The notes under the pieces are model-generated. The model was given only the letters and a program-made list of their open reading frames with translations. It searched no databases and was not told where the DNA came from. A DNA stretch of 64,000 nucleotides, taken from positions 74,881 through 138,880 of the IMG/VR virus record IMGVR_UViG_2756170199_000003, one strand, 5' to 3'. This stretch comes from a virus. Taxonomy: Duplodnaviria > Caudoviricetes. The translations under genes and the position numbers were made by a program. This document shows, one piece after another, positions 58,622 through 64,000 of the stretch (position 1 is its first letter; each line of letters starts with the position of its first letter).

Positions 58622-59128
58622 TCACTTATCCACAGGGTTATGCAGTTTTTCTGTGGATAAGCAGGCCGCTTGCTGACTTATCCACTCGTCAACGTTTCGC
58701 GCTTGCTCAATCATCGTGGCACGATAAAGCTTTCCATACGCCTGTTCGATCGTGAGGAGCCTCGTAATCAGTACATCTTTCGTCAGCTTGGCAAGGCGAT
58801 GTCGTGCAGCATCGATATCCCGCTCAAGCTTGACCGGATTGGGAAGGGAGGTTGTATCGATGGCTGGCTGGATCTTCCTTCTACGTGGTGGTTGCCATGT
58901 CCGGAAGCGAATGTAAAGCTCGTAAGCAATCGGATTGTTTAGCAGCGTGGTTGCGCTGATCCCGACACGCTCTGGATCAACCTCGCGAGTTGTCGCGACT
59001 ATCGACGCGATTGAGATCCGCTTGGCGTTACGACGAAGTGTTTGGACTGCGCTTTTTACGAGTGCGAGCGTGCGGTCGCGACGGCGTTTGTGGACCTTCT
59101 TGAGCCACGGTCGTGCTGTTTGCGGCAT
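58622..59128 (-). CDS. TnpC-like small basic DNA-binding protein
   Basis: 168 aa, basic, ISIASIV HTH-like segment, overlaps the 3' end of the large recombinase. Confidence 0.55.
   Translation of the reverse strand: MPQTARPWLKKVHKRRRDRTLALVKSAVQTLRRNAKRISIASIVATTREVDPERVGISATTLLNNPIAYELYIRFRTWQPPRRRKIQPAIDTTSLPNPVKLERDIDAARHRLAKLTKDVLITRLLTIEQAYGKLYRATMIEQARNVDEWISQQAACLSTEKLHNPVDK
58625..58686. promoter_or_regulatory. DnaA-box cluster
   Basis: TTATCCACA 58626-58634, TGTGGATAA 58652-58660, TTATCCACT 58678-58686. Confidence 0.7.
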
Positions 59129-61259
59129 CGTTTATCCCCTCAATCGGCGGTTCGTCGGCGCGATACTGCTCAATAAGATCCATTTCGCGCAATTCAATGT
59201 TCGCGGCTTCGATCAGATGTTCAAGCCGAGACAGTTCTGGCAAGAGGCCCTGCTCGCGGTGATAGAGTCGCTCACCTTCTGCCCAGGCACGCCGATGCTC
59301 CACCTGTGAACGCTGAGCCGGATCTGGTACTTTCGCAGCGCATCCAACGCAGGCAAACTGGACCTTGCATAGTCCGTGACTCGTGCAGTGGCCCCCGACT
59401 ACATTTGCGAGCGTGCCAGTTTTTCGAAGCGCATCGTCATAAAGCCGTCGCAGCGCGGCTGGTGATCGTGCTACCGCTTGTTCGACATCAATTGACCGAG
59501 CGATCCTGGACAGGTAGAGGTCAGCGGCATCCGCAATCATAGAGTCCGTGGGCTGTGAGTAGTATTCGGTGACGGGCAGGCTTTTCTGATGAAGCCACGC
59601 GCCGACGATATCGACGGGGATCTTTTCGACTTGCACCGCATGTGTCGCAAAGCCGTGGCGGAGTAAATGTGCCCGCAGGGTTATGATGCGACCAGAGGTG
59701 GTGCGAAGCGCCATACCGTGCAGCAGGAAGCGGACGCAACTGATAATCGCCAGATGGGACAAATGGCGATGTCCCAACTGAAACAGATACGGCGAGGGCC
59801 CGAACCGGTGAGCGCGCCTATGCAATGGATAGAACGGCACGGTTGGTAGTCGCTCGTCGCCTTTCAGGTGGTAGTGCTCGGCAAGCATCTGTGCAGTACG
59901 GGCAAGGAGGCGCTTTGTTTCCGTGCCAATGAAATAGTCATGGCGCTGATTTTTTCGCTCGCCCTTGGGAATCAGCCTCAACAGGTACCGGATGTGCGGG
60001 GCCGATGAATTTTTCGATGTCCGTTCCAGTGTCGGCATCTTGAGCCGTACCAGGCATTCGTGACTCAAGCTGATTTGCATGACTTCGTTCAAACGCGCAC
60101 CAGTGGTCGTGAACACGTCGATGGCCATCAGGCCGAAGGTCAGGCCAGAATACAACGCGTCCACCGACAGCAACGGGTGCTTTAGCGCTTTCTGTGCCGC
60201 GTGGGCGAACTGGTGATAGTGGCTTGTCAGGAGGTCAGAATGATTCGTTGTAAACGCAGAATCTGCATACCCCCAACTCTTACGCCACGCCTGCGCCTCC
60301 GGATCGGCTTGGGGCGCATCGATGTAGCGGAGAACGTCGGCGAACCATAGCGCGGCGTTTGGGTCGACCTGTTGCTGATTTAGCAGCTCAATGACATTAA
60401 CGACTTCGAGTAGACATAGCGTGCCGGGTGGCAGATGTCTGCAGTGGTGCAAGGCTGGTTGCTCCTTCATCAGCTTTCCGGCCGTCCAGATTCGCAGATC
60501 CCATCGCCGAACGCCATCGGCATAAGCGTATTCAACGGGTTGGCTATCCTCGACACTTTGCTTCAGAGCTTGCTGGTACGCCTGCCTGAATTTGGAGAAC
60601 CAATTCCACCGAAGGTGCGCTTCACCCCGCAACTCGGGGTAAACCGGCATCAATGCATCGGTTTCTTCCTTGCGTCGTCGTTCGGTTTCGTGCTCGTGTC
60701 TACCGAAGTCCAGCCACGGGGTGTGAATGACGCGATTGGGTGGTGGCAATAGCCAAGATCGATAGCTGTCACGCCGATTGTCCGGCAAATTCTGCAGCCA
60801 GCGTTGTTCAATCCTGCTGACAGACTGGTAGCGCCGGTAGAACTGTAATCGAGTTCCACGGTTCGATTGACCGATCTCTTCGGTCAAATACAGGTGCAGT
60901 GCCTCATCAACTGCTTGAGCTAAAGCGTCCATGTTGGGCAGATGAACTGCCACCAACGGGGAACCAAACAAACCTCGCAGTCCGCTGTGCAACGCTGCAA
61001 CCAGACCGTATACCGATGTCGGGTCATACCGCTGTCCGGCCAGAATCAACGCCGCCAGTACAAGATGCGGGTACCATGGATGGCGATAGACGTTTCGATA
61101 GAGATATCGAACTGCCTTCGGCGGGACGCAGCATTGAGCGCTATGCACCGATATATCCAGTTCGGTGTAAGGGGCACAGCGAATTTCATCGGGTAATGCG
61201 GGTAACCCGTCTATGGTCGAGAGTTCGGCTGGAACCGGATTAATCTGCCATCGGCTCAT
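59028..61259 (-). CDS. Large tyrosine recombinase (TnpB-like of Tn554 family)
   Basis: TTGARLNEV, HLLRHGFATH, LHQ....T.YY, and a C-terminal Cys cluster GHC...C.....C.GC. Confidence 0.85.
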   Translation of the reverse strand: MSRWQINPVPAELSTIDGLPALPDEIRCAPYTELDISVHSAQCCVPPKAVRYLYRNVYRHPWYPHLVLAALILAGQRYDPTSVYGLVAALHSGLRGLFGSPLVAVHLPNMDALAQAVDEALHLYLTEEIGQSNRGTRLQFYRRYQSVSRIEQRWLQNLPDNRRDSYRSWLLPPPNRVIHTPWLDFGRHEHETERRRKEETDALMPVYPELRGEAHLRWNWFSKFRQAYQQALKQSVEDSQPVEYAYADGVRRWDLRIWTAGKLMKEQPALHHCRHLPPGTLCLLEVVNVIELLNQQQVDPNAALWFADVLRYIDAPQADPEAQAWRKSWGYADSAFTTNHSDLLTSHYHQFAHAAQKALKHPLLSVDALYSGLTFGLMAIDVFTTTGARLNEVMQISLSHECLVRLKMPTLERTSKNSSAPHIRYLLRLIPKGERKNQRHDYFIGTETKRLLARTAQMLAEHYHLKGDERLPTVPFYPLHRRAHRFGPSPYLFQLGHRHLSHLAIISCVRFLLHGMALRTTSGRIITLRAHLLRHGFATHAVQVEKIPVDIVGAWLHQKSLPVTEYYSQPTDSMIADAADLYLSRIARSIDVEQAVARSPAALRRLYDDALRKTGTLANVVGGHCTSHGLCKVQFACVGCAAKVPDPAQRSQVEHRRAWAEGERLYHREQGLLPELSRLEHLIEAANIELREMDLIEQYRADEPPIEGINDAANSTTVAQEGPQTPSRPHARTRKKRSPNTSS

Positions 61260-62619
61260 TCAATTGTCGTCCCAAACGTGTCAGCAATTGCCAATCAGGA
61301 TCATGCGGCGGCTGGCTCCAGATGATCGTTGTCGCCTGGCTATCGCGTGGTATTGTCGGCGGACGCCGTAGCGCCCGATCCAGCTTTGCTTGCAACTGGA
61401 CGTGGATCTCGGCGTGCCGTAATCCATCAAGATGATGATCGTAGCCCGCCAGCGTGGCGGCACCGCTACGCCATCCCATGTAGACGATCAACGCACGGAT
61501 CCGTCGATCACGCTCGGCAATATCGCGAGCTCGAACGTCAATTTCGTGCAGTGCCGTTGTGACATACCAGTGTCGTGCCTGATGCACGTTCGCCTGTATC
61601 CCCTTCAGTAGACACGCTGGCCTCCAAGCCTGATCCCGATACGCGGCTGGCGACATTGCTGTCTGCAGACGGGTAAGGAACAGAGGAACGCGCTGCCACT
61701 CTTGTGGATCACCGTGCTCACGATAGTCGATGAGGCGCCAGTTTTCGGGATCAACTGCACGACGATCATTGTCGAAATACTGCCGTATCCATTTGGCGGT
61801 TGTTTCACTGAAGCACACAATCTTGGTGCGTCGGCCGGCGCTTCCCTTGCTGAAGGCAGATGCCTCAGTGCCCCCGCCGCGGTTGAGCCAATCAGCAAGG
61901 GTAATGGCGCAAATCTCGCTAACACGCGCGCCGGTTTCAAATAGCAGCCGCGTGATGAGTCGATCTCGCAGCGGCCACCCCAAGGCGGCACCAGCAGCAA
62001 AGACCTGACGCGGGAAATCGGGATCATCGATAATCCTTGGAACCCAGATCCCGTTGGACCGTACGTAGTAGGTGTTCGTTAATCTGTTCCGGAGCGGAGG
62101 GGCTGGCTCGATTCCACTTACGCCGGGCATTACTGGAACATCAGCCGCTGGGAATTCCGGAGCGGAAGAAGTGATTTCTGCCTGAATCCGCTCAAACGGA
62201 TGAGGTGCAGGATACAAATGCCTGCGAATCGAAAACGCATAAAAGTGACGGAGTGCAACCAGCGTATGACCTACCTGGCTGCTGTTTTCGCGCGTCATCG
62301 TTAGCAGCACGAATCCGTGACGATGCAGTCGTAACTGGCAGCCGAGTTCGTCGCACAAGAAACGCTCAAACTGAGCCCGTGCGGTACCAGACCCGGCGTT
62401 CCACGAAAGTTGCCGGGCTGCGAGCCACGAAAAATAGTGAATGAGAGCAGCGACATAAGTTCGCGTCGTAGTCGATGCGTACTGCTCCTCCAATTCGCGG
62501 ACAAACCAGCTCAGCTCACGATGTGCCTGTCCCCGCTGGTCAACAACTAACGCGGCACCGCTCTCTGTAGGCGGGTGCCGCAGGAAGAAGCGGGGGCGGA
62601 GTCGGTGATGAGCGACCAT
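61240..62619 (-). CDS. Tyrosine recombinase (TnpA-like)
   Basis: SAM-like N-terminus, LFETGARVSE, HQARHWY and MGW......GYDH motifs. Confidence 0.85.
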   Translation of the reverse strand: MVAHHRLRPRFFLRHPPTESGAALVVDQRGQAHRELSWFVRELEEQYASTTTRTYVAALIHYFSWLAARQLSWNAGSGTARAQFERFLCDELGCQLRLHRHGFVLLTMTRENSSQVGHTLVALRHFYAFSIRRHLYPAPHPFERIQAEITSSAPEFPAADVPVMPGVSGIEPAPPLRNRLTNTYYVRSNGIWVPRIIDDPDFPRQVFAAGAALGWPLRDRLITRLLFETGARVSEICAITLADWLNRGGGTEASAFSKGSAGRRTKIVCFSETTAKWIRQYFDNDRRAVDPENWRLIDYREHGDPQEWQRVPLFLTRLQTAMSPAAYRDQAWRPACLLKGIQANVHQARHWYVTTALHEIDVRARDIAERDRRIRALIVYMGWRSGAATLAGYDHHLDGLRHAEIHVQLQAKLDRALRRPPTIPRDSQATTIIWSQPPHDPDWQLLTRLGRQLNEPMAD

Positions 62620-62700
62620 CCTTCAACTCTACTGGTTCTCATGCCAACATAAAGAATAGAAGGGATCCAACCACATTCAAGCACTACGCGCCGTCTGGTA

Positions 62701-62709
62701 TGTGGATAA
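62701..62709 (-). promoter_or_regulatory. Single consensus DnaA box upstream of recombinase operon
   Basis: TGTGGATAA on the plus strand (TTATCCACA on minus). Confidence 0.55.
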
Positions 62710-62778
62710 CGTGGGTGTGGCGTTGTGAATCAGCGATTCGTCTGAAGAGGCAAATGCGTTTTACAACGGACGGGGTCT

Positions 62779-63219
62779 ATGGATCTTGATGACGCACTTT
62801 CTGCCGTAGAGCATCTGGCAGCCCGGCATCGCCTGCTGGTCGGTCGGGGATATCGATCCGAGGGGGGCGAGTTGCCCGGGATCGACTGGGGCGCGGGTGA
62901 TATCCGGGATGTGCGCAAGCTCCGCGGTCTTGAGTTCGTCAGCGAGATTGGTCCGCAGCTGATGGAAATCTACGAGAACTATGTTGCCGGCCGGCCCAAT
63001 GCGACGACGAGCATCACGCTGTCCACGCGGATGTTGACGATCATCGTGCTGGGCGCCGAGTCGCCGGAGCAGGTGGTCGAGACGCTGCAGAGTGGGGCAG
63101 ACGAGTTGGTCTCGGGGACGGTCAAGGCTTATCTGGCAGATCGTATTTCGGGATGGAAGAGGCCGCTCGCACCGGTGCTGCCATTTCGCGCTCGAGACAG
63201 GGGCTCGCCCACGGAGTAG
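62779..63219 (+). CDS. Hypothetical protein
   Basis: 146 aa ORF with no recognised motif. Confidence 0.45.
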   Translation: MDLDDALSAVEHLAARHRLLVGRGYRSEGGELPGIDWGAGDIRDVRKLRGLEFVSEIGPQLMEIYENYVAGRPNATTSITLSTRMLTIIVLGAESPEQVVETLQSGADELVSGTVKAYLADRISGWKRPLAPVLPFRARDRGSPTE

Positions 63220-63307
63220 CCGATCACTCTGTGCATCGCAAACAGGCCAATGCAGAAATCTGCCTGAGGTATCGTATCTGGAACTCACTGCAGAACCGGA
63301 GCCGTTC

Positions 63308-64000
63308 ATGTGTGGCCGATATTCGCGCGGACAGAAGGACCTGTTCTACGTTGAACCCCTCATGACTGATGCGAATGATCCGCGCTTCAGGGAGCATGCG
63401 GAGATGTTCCGGCCGAGCTGGAATGTGTCACCAGGTACGAAGCAGCCCATCATCGGTCCGGACGGACCGCGACTCGAAATGTGGGGCTTCCGGCCAGCAT
63501 GGCTGGTTGCGCGAAAAGGTCCGATGATGATCAACGCGCGTCTCGACAAGGCGTCGTCGAGTGCATGGAAGGCATTGTTCAGGTCCCATCGCGTACTCAT
63601 TCCAGCGGATGGCTGGTATGAATGGTTGCCGGCCGGAGGTAAGAAGCAGCCGTATTTCATTCAGGCGAACTCCGGGCCTCCGGTCTATTTCGCCGGCTTG
63701 AGCAGCGCACATCTTGACTCGCCGACTGCGAACGAGAACCCCGGGACTGTCTTCGGTTTTGTGATCGTTACGGCACCGGCCGAAAGCGGCATGCTCGACG
63801 TCCATGATCGCCGGCCGCTCGTACTCACGACGGAAGAAGCAAAAGTTTGGCTCGATCCGGATACGACCTTCGAGGAGGCGGTGCATCTTGCCAATCACGC
63901 GGGGAAGTCCTCCGACGATTTTCACTGGCACAAGGTCACGCCGGCGGTGAACCGCACGGGTAACGACAGTCCGTCGTTTAACGAGTCGATCGACGACTAG
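63308..64000 (+). CDS. SOS response-associated peptidase (SRAP/YedK/HMCES family)
   Basis: MCGRY N-terminus after GGAG, WN..P, INAR, GWYEW and HDRRP motifs. Stop at 63998-64000. Confidence 0.92.
   Translation: MCGRYSRGQKDLFYVEPLMTDANDPRFREHAEMFRPSWNVSPGTKQPIIGPDGPRLEMWGFRPAWLVARKGPMMINARLDKASSSAWKALFRSHRVLIPADGWYEWLPAGGKKQPYFIQANSGPPVYFAGLSSAHLDSPTANENPGTVFGFVIVTAPAESGMLDVHDRRPLVLTTEEAKVWLDPDTTFEEAVHLANHAGKSSDDFHWHKVTPAVNRTGNDSPSFNESIDD

Larger units (their letters stand above)
58622..62619 (-). mobile_element. Tn554-like three-gene tyrosine-recombinase element (TnpA/TnpB/TnpC organisation)
   Basis: Two overlapping tyrosine recombinase genes plus a small basic gene. Lower GC than the phage core. 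Ends not defined. Confidence 0.65.

Noticed and set aside
59028-62619. Recombinases as the phage integrase
   Set aside because: The tandem TnpA/TnpB/TnpC layout and different composition indicate an independent mobile element. No att site or tRNA target was seen.
1-64000. CRISPR arrays, tRNA or rRNA genes
   Set aside because: No regularly spaced repeats or recognisable structural RNA genes were seen by eye.

Overview
GC-rich window, probably from a betaproteobacterial (Burkholderiaceae-like) replicon. About 51 kb (50-51078) is an apparently intact core of a phiKZ-like, nucleus-forming jumbo phage (Chimalliviridae-like). It encodes a tail sheath, virion/baseplate proteins, large terminase, the polymerase half of a split family-B DNA polymerase, a probable nuclear-shell protein chimallin (ChmA), four subunits of the phage non-virion multisubunit RNA polymerase, an SbcD-like nuclease, probable ChmC and PicA/Imp1 homologs, and an SF2 helicase. 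This core runs straight into a plasmid-type parA-parB-rep cassette (52366-56097) with a probable antisense copy-control RNA. Cargo typical of temperate elements is interspersed: an orphan T6SS VgrG-nuclease effector-DUF3396 immunity trio, a SET-domain methyltransferase, a histidine phosphatase, a Tn554-like three-gene tyrosine-recombinase element with DnaA boxes, and an SRAP protein. The best reading is a nucleus-forming jumbo phage maintained as a plasmid prophage, whereas characterised members of this group are lytic. A repeated TATATCAC motif upstream of early genes resembles the phiKZ early promoter. phiKZ gene-number correspondences come from recalled motifs and synteny, not from searches.
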